From: Escherichia coli | Lineage (GTDB): Bacteria; Pseudomonadota; Gammaproteobacteria; Enterobacterales; Enterobacteriaceae | Strand: one strand, 5' to 3' | Assembly: GCF_002996665.1 (NCBI RefSeq) | Contig: NZ_CP027255.1 | Length of the DNA: 24,000 bases | In this document: positions 1 through 10,427 of the stretch, piece by piece | Layout: each line of letters starts with the position of its first letter | How positions within the stretch are numbered: the first letter of the stretch is position 1 | Made by a program: the position numbers and the translations under genes | Notes under the pieces: model-generated | The model's input: the letters and a program-made list of their open reading frames with translations, nothing else | Told to the model about the DNA's origin: nothing | Databases searched by the model: none

Positions 1-229
1 CAAGGCCAAGCGCGCCGCCTGCAAGTAAACCGGCAAGGGTGCGCGGCAGTCGCGCGTCGAGCACGATGGTGCAGTCGGCGCTCTGGCAGGTGCCGGAGAG
101 GGCCTCCAGCACTACGGAAGCGGGGAGTGATTTTGCCCCAATGAGCAGGCTTAATGCCGTCGCGATAATCAGTAATAACAGCAATCCGGGCACGGCAATG
201 GCGCGTGTCACGGCAACAGAACCAGACAT
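1..229 (-). CDS. fepD: Ferric enterobactin ABC transporter permease FepD, N-terminal 76 codons (gene continues past the window start)
   Basis: Absent from the ORF track because its stop lies outside the window. My minus-strand translation from the ATG at 229-227 reads MSGSVAVTRAIAVPGLLLLLIIATALSLLIGAKSLPASVVLEALSGTCQSADCTIVLDARLPRTLAGLLAGGALGL, open to position 1. This matches my memory of E. coli FepD. An alternative in-frame ATG lies at 241-239. The gene is divergent from entS, as in the ent-fep cluster. Confidence 0.85.
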   Translation of the reverse strand, partial: MSGSVAVTRAIAVPGLLLLLIIATALSLLIGAKSLPASVVLEALSGTCQSADCTIVLDARLPRTLAGLLAGGALGL

Positions 230-241
230 ACGAACTTCCAT

Positions 242-260
242 GATAATGAAATTAATTATC
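242..260. promoter_or_regulatory. Fur box in the fepD-entS divergent promoter region
   Basis: gataatgaaattaattatc matches the 19-bp Fur consensus GATAATGATAATCATTATC at 16 of 19 positions by hand alignment. It lies in the 110-bp spacer between divergent iron-regulated genes. Confidence 0.75.
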
Positions 261-339
261 GTTATCGATCTTATTTGGATATGTTAGCATGTGCAGCCTA
301 AGAATAGGTATTTAAAATATTTGATGGCAAGGCATTGTA

Positions 340-1590
340 ATGAATAAACAATCCTGGCTGCTTAACCTCAGCCTGTTGAAAACGCACCCGGCGTTTCGCG
401 CAGTATTCCTCGCTCGTTTTATCTCAATTGTGTCTCTGGGTTTGCTCGGCGTCGCGGTGCCGGTGCAGATCCAGATGATGACGCATTCTACCTGGCAGGT
501 GGGGCTTTCGGTGACGCTGACCGGCGGCGCGATGTTTGTTGGCCTGATGGTTGGCGGTGTGCTGGCGGATCGCTATGAGCGCAAAAAAGTGATTTTGCTG
601 GCGCGCGGCACCTGTGGCATTGGCTTCATTGGACTGTGCCTTAATGCACTGCTGCCGGAGCCGTCATTGCTGGCAATCTATTTACTTGGTTTATGGGATG
701 GTTTTTTCGCATCGCTTGGCGTTACGGCGCTATTGGCGGCGACACCAGCACTGGTAGGGCGTGAAAACTTAATGCAGGCCGGGGCGATCACCATGTTGAC
801 CGTGCGTCTGGGGTCGGTGATTTCGCCCATGATTGGCGGTTTATTGCTAGCGACCGGTGGCGTAGCCTGGAACTACGGGCTGGCGGCGGCGGGCACGTTT
901 ATTACCTTGCTACCGTTGTTAAGCCTTCCGGCGTTGCCACCGCCACCGCAGCCGCGTGAGCATCCGTTGAAATCATTACTGGCAGGATTTCGTTTTCTGC
1001 TTGCCAGCCCGCTGGTGGGCGGGATTGCGCTGCTGGGTGGTTTATTGACGATGGCGAGCGCGGTGCGGGTACTGTATCCGGCGCTGGCTGACAACTGGCA
1101 GATGTCAGCGGCACAGATTGGTTTTCTCTACGCGGCGATCCCGCTCGGCGCGGCTATTGGTGCGTTAACCAGCGGGAAGCTGGCACATAGTGCGCGACCA
1201 GGGTTATTGATGCTGCTCTCCACGCTGGGATCGTTCCTCGCCATTGGTCTGTTTGGCCTGATGCCGATGTGGATTTTAGGCGTGGTTTGTCTGGCGCTGT
1301 TCGGCTGGCTGAGCGCGGTTAGTTCGTTGCTGCAATATACAATGCTGCAAACGCAAACCCCGGAAGCGATGTTAGGGCGGATTAACGGTTTGTGGACGGC
1401 GCAGAACGTGACGGGCGATGCCATAGGCGCGGCGCTGCTGGGTGGTTTGGGCGCGATGATGACACCGGTTGCTTCCGCAAGCGCGAGCGGTTTTGGTTTG
1501 TTGATTATCGGCGTGTTGTTATTGCTGGTGCTGGTGGAGTTGCGACGTTTTCGCCAGACGCCGCCGCAGGTGACAGCGTCTGACAGTTAA
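340..1590 (+). CDS. entS: Enterobactin exporter EntS (MFS transporter)
   Basis: 416-aa ORF, highly hydrophobic with multiple predicted TM segments. Sequence and length match my memory of EntS/YbdA, and the position between fepD and fepB fits. Confidence 0.95.
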
Positions 1591-1593
1591 TGC

Positions 1594-2550
1594 TTAAAAC
1601 AGCGCCTTAAGTCGTTCCAGCACTTGCATGGCGCTGTAGTAATCCAGGCGGAACGTCTCGGTTCCCAGCGCATAAACCTGCTTGTTTTGTACTGCGGGCA
1701 GGTGCGCGAGCAGTGGATTGGCATAAATCGCATCGGCATCTTTCTGATCACCGGCGAACAGGAATAGTGACTCGCCATTTAACCCAGCAGCCAGATTTTC
1801 CCCACCAAGCTGAATGATGTCATGGCGTTTGCCCTGGCTTTGGCTGGCGTTTAACCCTGCGGGCAACTTCGCCAGCGTAAAGCCGAGTTGTTCCAGCATC
1901 TGCCCTTGTGCTGATTCCGGCGTCCAGAGATTGGCACTGTGTGCAGCGGCGGTATAGACAATGGCAGTGACCGGCTGCGGCGGTAATTTGATTTGCTCTT
2001 TCGCCGCTGCCAGTTGCTTATCAAACTGTGCAATCCGCTCTGCCGCTTGTTTCTCATGCCCGGTAATTTCGCCAAGCTGCGTTAACAGCGACTGCCAGCT
2101 TTTGTCGTCGTAATTGATGATTAATGTCGGGGCGATGGTGGAAAGCTGATCATACAGTGCCAGCGCCGAATCCCCGCCGGTTGCGCTAATTAAAATCAGA
2201 TCCGGCATTTGCGCGGCAACGGCTTCGGCGCTCGGTTCGCCGATATAGAGCCGTTGCAGTTTGCGTTCTTTCGCCACCTTGCTCCACTGGCGTAAAAAGC
2301 CCTGGTCATCCGCGACGCGGTTATTCGGCGTGGTCGCGCCGCTGGCGATCACCGGAGCATCAATCGCCAGCAGTGAGCCGGTCAGGGTGACGCTGGTGGA
2401 AACAATACGCTGCGGCTGGCTTTCCAGTGTATGTGTGCCACGGCTGTCAGTAATCTGACGCGGCCAGTCAGCGGCCTGAACTGCGGCTATTCCTGAAAGT
2501 AAAAGTCCTGTTAATAGAAGGGCGTTGCGGTAGAGCGGGGCGAGTCTCAC
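1594..2550 (-). CDS. fepB: Periplasmic ferric enterobactin binding protein FepB
   Basis: 318-aa ORF with an N-terminal signal-like segment ([26 protein letters not shown]). The length and context match FepB. It is convergent with entS, with a 3-nt gap. Confidence 0.95.
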   Translation of the reverse strand: MRLAPLYRNALLLTGLLLSGIAAVQAADWPRQITDSRGTHTLESQPQRIVSTSVTLTGSLLAIDAPVIASGATTPNNRVADDQGFLRQWSKVAKERKLQRLYIGEPSAEAVAAQMPDLILISATGGDSALALYDQLSTIAPTLIINYDDKSWQSLLTQLGEITGHEKQAAERIAQFDKQLAAAKEQIKLPPQPVTAIVYTAAAHSANLWTPESAQGQMLEQLGFTLAKLPAGLNASQSQGKRHDIIQLGGENLAAGLNGESLFLFAGDQKDADAIYANPLLAHLPAVQNKQVYALGTETFRLDYYSAMQVLERLKALF

Positions 2551-2615
2551 AAATCAGCTTCCTGTTATTAATAAGGTTAAGGGCGTAATGACAAATTCGA
2601 CAAAGCGCACAATCC

Positions 2616-2654
2616 GTCCCCTCGCCCCTTTGGGGAGAGGGTTAGGGTGAGGGG
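2616..2654 (+). repeat. GC-rich boxC-like intergenic repeat, copy 1 (inside the fepB leader)
   Basis: gtcccctcgcccctttggggagagggttagggtgagggg contains an internal hairpin (cccctcgcccc / ggggagaggg). It is 37 of 39 identical to the reverse complement of 10090-10129. Assignment to the boxC family is from memory. Confidence 0.7.
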
Positions 2655-2678
2655 AACAGCCAGCACTGGTGCGAACAT

Positions 2679-2718
2679 TAACCCTCACCCCAGCCCTCAC
2701 CCTGGAAGGGAGAGGGGG
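2679..2718 (-). repeat. boxC-like repeat, copy 2, inverted relative to copy 1
   Basis: The reverse complement ccccctctcccttccagggtgagggctggggtgagggtt has the same architecture as copy 1 (CCCTCxCCC, 4 nt, GGGxGAGGG, 3 nt, GGGTGAGGG). Together with copy 1 it forms a large imperfect palindrome. Confidence 0.6.
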
Positions 2719-2761
2719 CAGAACGGCGCAGGACATCACATTGCGCTTATGCGAATCCATC

Positions 2762-2780
2762 AATAATGCTTCTCATTTTC
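2762..2780. promoter_or_regulatory. Fur box associated with the fepB promoter
   Basis: aataatgcttctcattttc matches the Fur consensus at 14 of 19 positions. It lies about 210 nt upstream of the fepB ATG, consistent with the long fepB leader I recall from work on the fepB-entC divergent promoters. Confidence 0.55.
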
Positions 2781-2876
2781 ATTGTAACCACAACCAGATG
2801 CAACCCCGAGTTGCAGATTGCGTTACCTCAAGAGTTGACATAGTGCGCGTTTGCTTTTAGGTTAGCGACCGAAAAT

Positions 2877-2895
2877 ATAAATGATAATCATTATT
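2877..2895. promoter_or_regulatory. Fur box at the entC promoter
   Basis: ataaatgataatcattatt matches the Fur consensus at 15 of 19 positions, including the central TGATAATCATTAT core. It lies 30 nt upstream of the entC ATG. Confidence 0.8.
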
Positions 2896-2924
2896 AAAGC
2901 CTTTATCATTTTGTGGAGGATGAT

Positions 2925-4100
2925 ATGGATACGTCACTGGCTGAGGAAGTACAGCAGACCATGGCAACACTTGCGCCCAATCGCTTTTTCTTTATGTCGC
3001 CGTACCGCAGTTTTACGACGTCAGGATGTTTCGCCCGCTTCGATGAACCGGCTGTGAACGGGGATTCGCCCGACAGTCCCTTCCAGCAAAAACTCGCCGC
3101 GCTGTTTGCCGATGCCAAAGCGCAGGGCATCAAAAATCCGGTGATGGTCGGGGCGATTCCCTTCGATCCACGTCAGCCTTCGTCGCTGTATATTCCCGAA
3201 TCCTGGCAGTCGTTCTCCCGCCAGGAAAAACAGACCTCAGCCCGCCGTTTTACCCGCAGCCAGTCGCTGAACGTGGTGGAACGCCAGGCAATTCCTGAAC
3301 AAACCACGTTTGAACAGATGGTTGCCCGCGCCGCCGCACTTACCGCCACGCCGCAGGTCGACAAAGTGGTGTTGTCACGATTGATTGATATCACCACTGA
3401 CGCCGCCATTGATAGTGGCGTATTGCTGGAACGGTTGATTGCGCAAAACCCGGTTAGTTACAACTTCCATGTCCCGCTGGCTGATGGTGGCGTCCTGCTG
3501 GGGGCCAGCCCGGAACTGCTGCTACGTAAAGACGGCGAGCGTTTTAGCTCCATTCCGTTAGCCGGTTCCGCGCGTCGTCAGCCGGATGAAGTGCTCGATC
3601 GCGAAGCGGGTAATCGTCTGCTGGCGTCAGAAAAAGATCGCCATGAACATGAACTGGTGACTCAGGCGATGAAAGAGGTACTGCGCGAACGCAGTAGTGA
3701 GTTACACGTTCCCTCCTCTCCACAATTGATTACCACGCCGACGCTGTGGCATCTCGCAACTCCCTTTGAAGGTAAAGCGAATTCGCAAGAAAACGCACTG
3801 ACTCTGGCCTGTCTGCTGCATCCAACCCCCGCGCTGAGCGGTTTCCCGCATCAGGCCGCGACCCAGGTTATTGCTGAACTGGAGCCATTCGACCGCGAAC
3901 TGTTTGGCGGCATTGTGGGTTGGTGTGACAGCGAAGGTAACGGCGAATGGGTGGTGACCATCCGCTGCGCGAAGCTGCGGGAAAATCAGGTGCGTCTGTT
4001 TGCCGGAGCGGGGATTGTGCCTGCGTCGTCACCGTTGGGTGAGTGGCGCGAAACAAGCGTCAAACTTTCTACCATGTTGAACGTTTTTGGATTGCATTAA
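2925..4100 (+). CDS. entC: Isochorismate synthase EntC
   Basis: The ORF-track frame 2913-4100 begins at a GTG. I prefer the ATG at 2925 (MDTSLAEE...), which is preceded by ggagga at 2915-2920 and gives the 391-aa length I recall. Chorismate-binding enzyme family; first gene of entCEBAH. Confidence 0.93.
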   Translation: MDTSLAEEVQQTMATLAPNRFFFMSPYRSFTTSGCFARFDEPAVNGDSPDSPFQQKLAALFADAKAQGIKNPVMVGAIPFDPRQPSSLYIPESWQSFSRQEKQTSARRFTRSQSLNVVERQAIPEQTTFEQMVARAAALTATPQVDKVVLSRLIDITTDAAIDSGVLLERLIAQNPVSYNFHVPLADGGVLLGASPELLLRKDGERFSSIPLAGSARRQPDEVLDREAGNRLLASEKDRHEHELVTQAMKEVLRERSSELHVPSSPQLITTPTLWHLATPFEGKANSQENALTLACLLHPTPALSGFPHQAATQVIAELEPFDRELFGGIVGWCDSEGNGEWVVTIRCAKLRENQVRLFAGAGIVPASSPLGEWRETSVKLSTMLNVFGLH

Positions 4101-4109
4101 GGAGCGAGG

Positions 4110-5720
4110 ATGAGCATTCCATTCACCCGCTGGCCGGAAGAGTTTGCCCGTCGCTATCGGGAAAAAGGCTACTGGCAGGATTTGCCGCTGACCGACATTC
4201 TGACTCGCCACGCTGCGAGTGACAGCATCGCGGTTATCGACGGCGAGCGACAGTTGAGTTACCGGGAGCTGAATCAGGCGGCGGATAACCTCGCGTGTAG
4301 TTTACGCCGTCAGGGCATTAAACCTGGTGAAACCGCGCTGGTACAACTGGGTAACGTCGCTGAATTGTATATTACCTTTTTCGCGCTGCTGAAACTGGGC
4401 GTTGCGCCGGTGCTGGCGCTGTTCAGCCATCAGCGTAGTGAACTGAACGCCTATGCCAGCCAGATTGAACCCGCATTGCTGATTGCCGATCGCCAACATG
4501 CGCTGTTTAGCGGGGATGATTTCCTCAATACTTTCGTCACAGAACATTCCTCCATTCGCGTGGTGCAACTGCACAACGACAGCGGTGAGCATAACTTGCA
4601 GGATGCGATTAACCATCCGGCTGAGGATTTTACTGCCACGCCATCACCTGCTGATGAAGTGGCCTATTTCCAGCTTTCCGGCGGCACCACCGGCACACCG
4701 AAACTGATCCCGCGCACTCATAACGACTACTACTACAGCGTGCGTCGTAGCGTCGAGATTTGTCAGTTCACACAACAGACACGCTACCTGTGCGCGATCC
4801 CGGCGGCTCATAACTACGCCATGAGTTCGCCGGGATCGCTGGGCGTCTTTCTTGCCGGAGGAACGGTTGTTCTGGCGGCCGATCCCAGCGCCACGCTTTG
4901 CTTCCCATTGATTGAAAAACATCAGGTGAACGTCACCGCGCTGGTGCCACCGGCAGTCAGCCTGTGGTTGCAGGCGCTGACCGAAGGTGAAAGCCGGGCG
5001 CAGCTTGCCTCGCTGAAACTGTTACAGGTCGGCGGCGCACGTCTTTCTGCCACCCTTGCGGCGCGTATTCCCGCTGAGATTGGCTGCCAGTTGCAGCAGG
5101 TGTTTGGCATGGCGGAAGGGCTGGTGAACTACACCCGTCTTGATGATAGCGCGGAGAAAATTATCCATACCCAGGGTTACCCAATGTGTCCGGACGATGA
5201 AGTGTGGGTTGCCGATGCCGAAGGAAATCCACTGCCGCAAGGGGAAGTTGGACGCCTGATGACCCGCGGTCCGTACACCTTCCGTGGCTATTACAAAAGC
5301 CCGCAGCACAATGCCAGCGCCTTTGATGCCAACGGTTTTTACTGTTCCGGCGATCTGATCTCTATTGATCCAGAGGGGTACATCACCGTGCAGGGGCGCG
5401 AGAAAGATCAGATCAACCGTGGCGGTGAGAAGATCGCTGCCGAAGAGATCGAAAACCTGCTGCTGCGCCATCCGGCGGTGATCTATGCCGCACTGGTGAG
5501 CATGGAAGATGAGCTGATGGGCGAAAAAAGCTGTGCTTATCTGGTGGTAAAAGAGCCGCTGCGCGCGGTGCAGGTGCGTCGTTTCCTGCGTGAACAGGGT
5601 ATTGCCGAATTTAAATTACCGGATCGCGTGGAGTGTGTGGATTCACTTCCGCTGACGGCGGTCGGGAAAGTCGATAAAAAACAATTACGTCAGTGGCTGG
5701 CGTCACGCGCATCAGCCTGA
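4110..5720 (+). CDS. entE: 2,3-dihydroxybenzoate-AMP ligase EntE
   Basis: 536-aa ORF. The adenylate-forming motif SGGTTGTPK is at 4677-4703. There is a 9-nt gap after entC containing aaggag. Confidence 0.95.
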   Translation: MSIPFTRWPEEFARRYREKGYWQDLPLTDILTRHAASDSIAVIDGERQLSYRELNQAADNLACSLRRQGIKPGETALVQLGNVAELYITFFALLKLGVAPVLALFSHQRSELNAYASQIEPALLIADRQHALFSGDDFLNTFVTEHSSIRVVQLHNDSGEHNLQDAINHPAEDFTATPSPADEVAYFQLSGGTTGTPKLIPRTHNDYYYSVRRSVEICQFTQQTRYLCAIPAAHNYAMSSPGSLGVFLAGGTVVLAADPSATLCFPLIEKHQVNVTALVPPAVSLWLQALTEGESRAQLASLKLLQVGGARLSATLAARIPAEIGCQLQQVFGMAEGLVNYTRLDDSAEKIIHTQGYPMCPDDEVWVADAEGNPLPQGEVGRLMTRGPYTFRGYYKSPQHNASAFDANGFYCSGDLISIDPEGYITVQGREKDQINRGGEKIAAEEIENLLLRHPAVIYAALVSMEDELMGEKSCAYLVVKEPLRAVQVRRFLREQGIAEFKLPDRVECVDSLPLTAVGKVDKKQLRQWLASRASA

Positions 5721-5733
5721 AGGAGAGAACACG

Positions 5734-6590
5734 ATGGCTATTCCAAAATTACAGGCTTACGCACTGCCGGAGTCTCACGATATTCCGCAGAATAAAGTTG
5801 ACTGGGCCTTTGAACCGCAACGTGCCGCGTTGTTAATCCATGATATGCAGGACTATTTTGTCAGCTTCTGGGGCGAGAACTGCCCGATGATGGAGCAGGT
5901 GATCGCGAATATTGCTGCGCTGCGCGACTACTGCAAACAGCACAATATCCCGGTTTATTACACCGCCCAGCCGAAAGAGCAGAGCGATGAAGATCGGGCG
6001 CTGTTGAATGATATGTGGGGGCCGGGCCTGACCCGTTCGCCGGAACAGCAAAAGGTGGTGGATCGCCTGACGCCAGATGCCGACGACACGGTGCTGGTGA
6101 AGTGGCGCTACAGCGCGTTTCATCGTTCTCCGCTGGAGCAAATGCTCAAAGAGAGTGGACGTAACCAGCTGATTATTACCGGGGTATATGCCCACATTGG
6201 CTGTATGACCACCGCAACCGACGCATTTATGCGCGATATTAAACCGTTTATGGTGGCGGATGCGCTGGCCGATTTCAGCCGTGACGAGCATTTGATGTCG
6301 CTGAAATATGTGGCCGGGCGGTCTGGCCGGGTGGTGATGACTGAAGAATTACTGCCAGCACCTGTCCCCGCCAGCAAAGCGGCGCTGCGTGAGGTTATCC
6401 TGCCGTTGCTGGACGAGTCCGATGAACCGTTCGATGACGACAACCTGATCGACTACGGTCTGGATTCGGTGCGCATGATGGCGCTGGCGGCGCGCTGGCG
6501 CAAAGTGCATGGTGATATCGATTTTGTCATGCTGGCGAAAAACCCGACCATCGACGCCTGGTGGAAGCTACTCTCCCGCGAGGTGAAATA

Positions 6591-6591
<1 letters not shown>
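5734..6591 (+). CDS. entB: Isochorismatase / aryl carrier protein EntB
   Basis: 285-aa ORF. The N-terminal part is isochorismatase-like. The C-terminal carrier domain has GLDSV, and the phosphopantetheinylation serine codon (S245) is at 6466-6468. Confidence 0.95.
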
Positions 6592-7753
<1,162 letters not shown>

Positions 7754-7797
7754 GCCCGACAGAATTAAATGAGATTGCAGGAAAACTCGGTTAACGG

Positions 7798-7813
7798 AGT
7801 GATCGAGTTAACA
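7798..7813. promoter_or_regulatory. Candidate cAMP-CRP binding site upstream of cstA
   Basis: AGTGAtcgagtTAACA versus the consensus TGTGAnnnnnnTCACA (4 of 5 in each half-site). It lies about 120-135 nt upstream of the cstA ATG. cstA is known to be cAMP-CRP dependent. Confidence 0.6.
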
Positions 7814-7904
7814 TTGTTAAGTTAAATATTGGTTTCAACTCCGATTTACATGGTTACCGTGTTGTTAAATCGTACAAAGATGTTATAGAAACAAAATGTA
7901 ACAT

Positions 7905-7930
7905 ATCTATGGACACGCACACGGATAACA
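7905..7930 (+). promoter_or_regulatory. cstA leader GGA motifs (candidate CsrA sites overlapping the ribosome binding site)
   Basis: tatGGAcacgcacacGGAtaacaact precedes the ATG at 7934. The proximal acGGAt doubles as the only SD-like element. CsrA repression of cstA translation is established knowledge. The exact site boundaries are not determinable here. Confidence 0.45.
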
Positions 7931-7933
7931 ACT

Positions 7934-10039
7934 ATGAACAAATCAGGGAAATACCTCGTCTGGACAGTGCTCTCTGTAATGGGAGCATTTGCTCTGGGAT
8001 ACATTGCTTTAAATCGTGGGGAACAGATCAACGCGCTGTGGATTGTGGTGGCGTCGGTCTGTATCTATCTGATCGCTTACCGTTTTTATGGGCTGTATAT
8101 CGCCAAAAATGTGCTGGCGGTTGACCCGACGCGTATGACGCCAGCGGTGCGCCATAACGACGGGCTGGACTATGTGCCGACGGACAAGAAAGTGCTGTTC
8201 GGTCACCATTTTGCGGCCATTGCCGGAGCAGGTCCGTTGGTTGGGCCGGTACTGGCGGCGCAAATGGGTTACCTGCCAGGGATGATCTGGCTGCTCGCCG
8301 GGGTGGTTCTCGCCGGTGCGGTGCAGGATTTCATGGTGCTGTTTGTTTCTACGCGCCGTGACGGTCGATCGCTGGGTGAGCTGGTCAAAGAAGAGATGGG
8401 GCCAACCGCCGGGGTGATAGCGCTGGTGGCCTGCTTTATGATCATGGTCATTATCCTTGCAGTACTGGCGATGATCGTGGTGAAAGCCCTGACTCATAGC
8501 CCGTGGGGAACGTATACCGTTGCGTTCACCATTCCGCTGGCGCTGTTTATGGGGATCTACCTGCGCTATCTGCGTCCGGGGCGTATTGGTGAAGTGTCGG
8601 TCATCGGTCTGGTATTCCTGATTTTCGCCATTATCTCTGGCGGCTGGGTGGCAGAAAGTCCGACCTGGGCACCGTACTTTGACTTTACCGGCGTGCAGCT
8701 GACCTGGATGCTGGTGGGTTACGGTTTTGTGGCGGCGGTGCTGCCGGTGTGGTTGCTGCTGGCCCCGCGTGACTACCTCTCTACCTTCCTGAAAATCGGG
8801 ACGATCGTCGGTCTGGCGGTAGGCATTTTGATTATGCGCCCGACGCTGACCATGCCTGCGCTGACCAAATTTGTCGATGGCACTGGCCCGGTATGGACCG
8901 GTAACCTGTTCCCGTTCCTGTTTATCACCATCGCCTGTGGCGCGGTGTCTGGCTTCCATGCGCTGATCTCTTCCGGCACCACGCCGAAGATGCTGGCGAA
9001 CGAAGGGCAGGCTTGTTTTATCGGCTACGGTGGAATGTTGATGGAATCCTTCGTGGCGATTATGGCGCTGGTTTCCGCCTGTATCATCGATCCGGGCGTT
9101 TACTTTGCCATGAACAGCCCAATGGCGGTGCTGGCTCCGGCAGGGACGGCGGATGTGGTCGCTTCTGCCGCGCAGGTGGTGAGTAGCTGGGGCTTTAGCA
9201 TTACACCAGATACGCTCAACCAGATTGCCAGCGAAGTGGGTGAACAGTCGATCATTTCCCGTGCGGGCGGTGCGCCGACGTTGGCGGTGGGGATGGCTTA
9301 CATCCTGCACGGTGCGCTGGGTGGTATGATGGATGTGGCGTTCTGGTATCACTTCGCCATTCTGTTTGAAGCTCTGTTTATTCTGACGGCGGTAGATGCG
9401 GGTACGCGTGCTGCGCGCTTTATGTTGCAGGATCTGCTGGGCGTGGTGTCTCCTGGCCTGAAGCGGACCGATTCACTGCCTGCTAACCTGCTGGCAACGG
9501 CGCTGTGCGTACTGGCGTGGGGCTACTTCCTCCATCAGGGCGTGGTCGATCCGCTGGGCGGTATTAACACTCTGTGGCCGCTGTTTGGTATTGCCAACCA
9601 GATGCTGGCAGGGATGGCGCTGATGCTCTGTGCCGTGGTGTTGTTCAAGATGAAACGTCAACGTTACGCCTGGGTGGCGCTGGTACCAACGGCCTGGCTA
9701 CTGATTTGTACCCTGACCGCAGGCTGGCAGAAAGCGTTTAGCCCGGATGCGAAAGTCGGCTTCCTGGCCATTGCTAACAAGTTCCAGGCAATGATCGACA
9801 GCGGCAATATTCCGTCGCAGTATACTGAGTCACAGCTGGCGCAACTGGTGTTCAACAACCGTCTGGATGCCGGGTTAACCATCTTCTTTATGGTGGTCGT
9901 GGTGGTTCTGGCACTGTTCTCGATTAAGACGGCACTTGCGGCATTGAAAGAGCCGAAGCCAACGGCGAAAGAAACGCCGTATGAGCCAATGCCGGAAAAT
10001 GTTGAGGAGATCGTAGCGCAGGCGAAAGGTGCGCACTAA
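7934..10039 (+). CDS. cstA: Carbon starvation protein CstA (CstA-family peptide/pyruvate transporter)
   Basis: 701-aa polytopic membrane ORF. Sequence and length match CstA. Confidence 0.95.
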   Translation: MNKSGKYLVWTVLSVMGAFALGYIALNRGEQINALWIVVASVCIYLIAYRFYGLYIAKNVLAVDPTRMTPAVRHNDGLDYVPTDKKVLFGHHFAAIAGAGPLVGPVLAAQMGYLPGMIWLLAGVVLAGAVQDFMVLFVSTRRDGRSLGELVKEEMGPTAGVIALVACFMIMVIILAVLAMIVVKALTHSPWGTYTVAFTIPLALFMGIYLRYLRPGRIGEVSVIGLVFLIFAIISGGWVAESPTWAPYFDFTGVQLTWMLVGYGFVAAVLPVWLLLAPRDYLSTFLKIGTIVGLAVGILIMRPTLTMPALTKFVDGTGPVWTGNLFPFLFITIACGAVSGFHALISSGTTPKMLANEGQACFIGYGGMLMESFVAIMALVSACIIDPGVYFAMNSPMAVLAPAGTADVVASAAQVVSSWGFSITPDTLNQIASEVGEQSIISRAGGAPTLAVGMAYILHGALGGMMDVAFWYHFAILFEALFILTAVDAGTRAARFMLQDLLGVVSPGLKRTDSLPANLLATALCVLAWGYFLHQGVVDPLGGINTLWPLFGIANQMLAGMALMLCAVVLFKMKRQRYAWVALVPTAWLLICTLTAGWQKAFSPDAKVGFLAIANKFQAMIDSGNIPSQYTESQLAQLVFNNRLDAGLTIFFMVVVVVLALFSIKTALAALKEPKPTAKETPYEPMPENVEEIVAQAKGAH

Positions 10040-10089
10040 AGTCAGAGTGAGGGGGGATGTTGGCGAATGTTGGCATAGTGCCGAGGGTT

Positions 10090-10129
10090 CCCCCTCACCC
10101 TAACCCTCTCCCCGATGGGGCGAGGGGAC
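10090..10129 (-). repeat. boxC-like repeat, copy 3
   Basis: The reverse complement gtcccctcgccccatcggggagagggttagggtgaggggg is 37 of 39 identical to 2616-2654. The flanking gtgagggggg at 10047-10056 can pair with 10090-10098. Confidence 0.7.
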
Positions 10130-10154
10130 TGACCGAGTGCGTTGATAGCATTTG

Positions 10155-10190
10155 TAGGCCGGATAAAGCGTTCACGCCGCATCCGGCACT
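10155..10190. repeat. REP (palindromic unit) element
   Basis: taggccggataaagcgttcacgccgcatccggcac has the canonical GCCGGATAA...GCATCCGGC REP palindrome. Confidence 0.85.
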
Positions 10191-10220
10191 CTTTCAGCAA
10201 CATGGTTAGCGGAGGCCAAG

Positions 10221-10418
10221 ATGTTTGATTCACTGGCAAAAGCCGGAAAATATTTAGGTCAGGCGGCGAAGCTGATGATTGGTATGCCTGATTACGACAA
10301 CTATGTCGAACATATGCGGGTTAACCATCCCGATCAAACGCCGATGACCTACGAGGAGTTTTTCCGTGAGCGGCAGGACGCGCGCTACGGTGGAAAAGGC
10401 GGCGCGCGCTGCTGCTAA
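10221..10418 (+). CDS. ybdD: Small conserved protein YbdD (DUF466 family, partner of CstA-family transporters)
   Basis: 65-aa ORF preceded by ggagg. It matches my memory of YbdD and ends in ...GGKGGARCC. Confidence 0.88.
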   Translation: MFDSLAKAGKYLGQAAKLMIGMPDYDNYVEHMRVNHPDQTPMTYEEFFRERQDARYGGKGGARCC

Positions 10419-10427
10419 ATTTGCACG

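Noticed and set aside
2554-2763. 69-aa ORF through the fepB leader
   Set aside because: Its reading frame is made of the boxC-like repeats (PLPSRVRAGVRVN... and ...HPNPLPKGARGR). It has no SD and is a repeat-derived artefact commonly mis-annotated as a hypothetical protein.
2913-2924. Extended N-termini offered by the ORF track (entC GTG 2913, entA 6561, dsbG 16672, ahpF 17688, rna 22986)
   Set aside because: Downstream ATGs have better SD spacing, give proper signal peptides (dsbG, rna) or avoid long overlap with the upstream gene (entA). They also give the protein lengths I recall for E. coli.
8009-9352. 447-aa ORF antisense to cstA
   Set aside because: It lies entirely inside the well-supported cstA gene on the opposite strand. 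Its translation is low-complexity and rich in R, H, Q and P, with no recognisable motif. This is the typical shadow ORF of a GC-rich, codon-biased gene.
10042-10239. 65-aa minus-strand ORF in the cstA-ybdD spacer
   Set aside because: It runs through the boxC-like copy and the REP element and overlaps the ybdD start, so it is a repeat-derived artefact.
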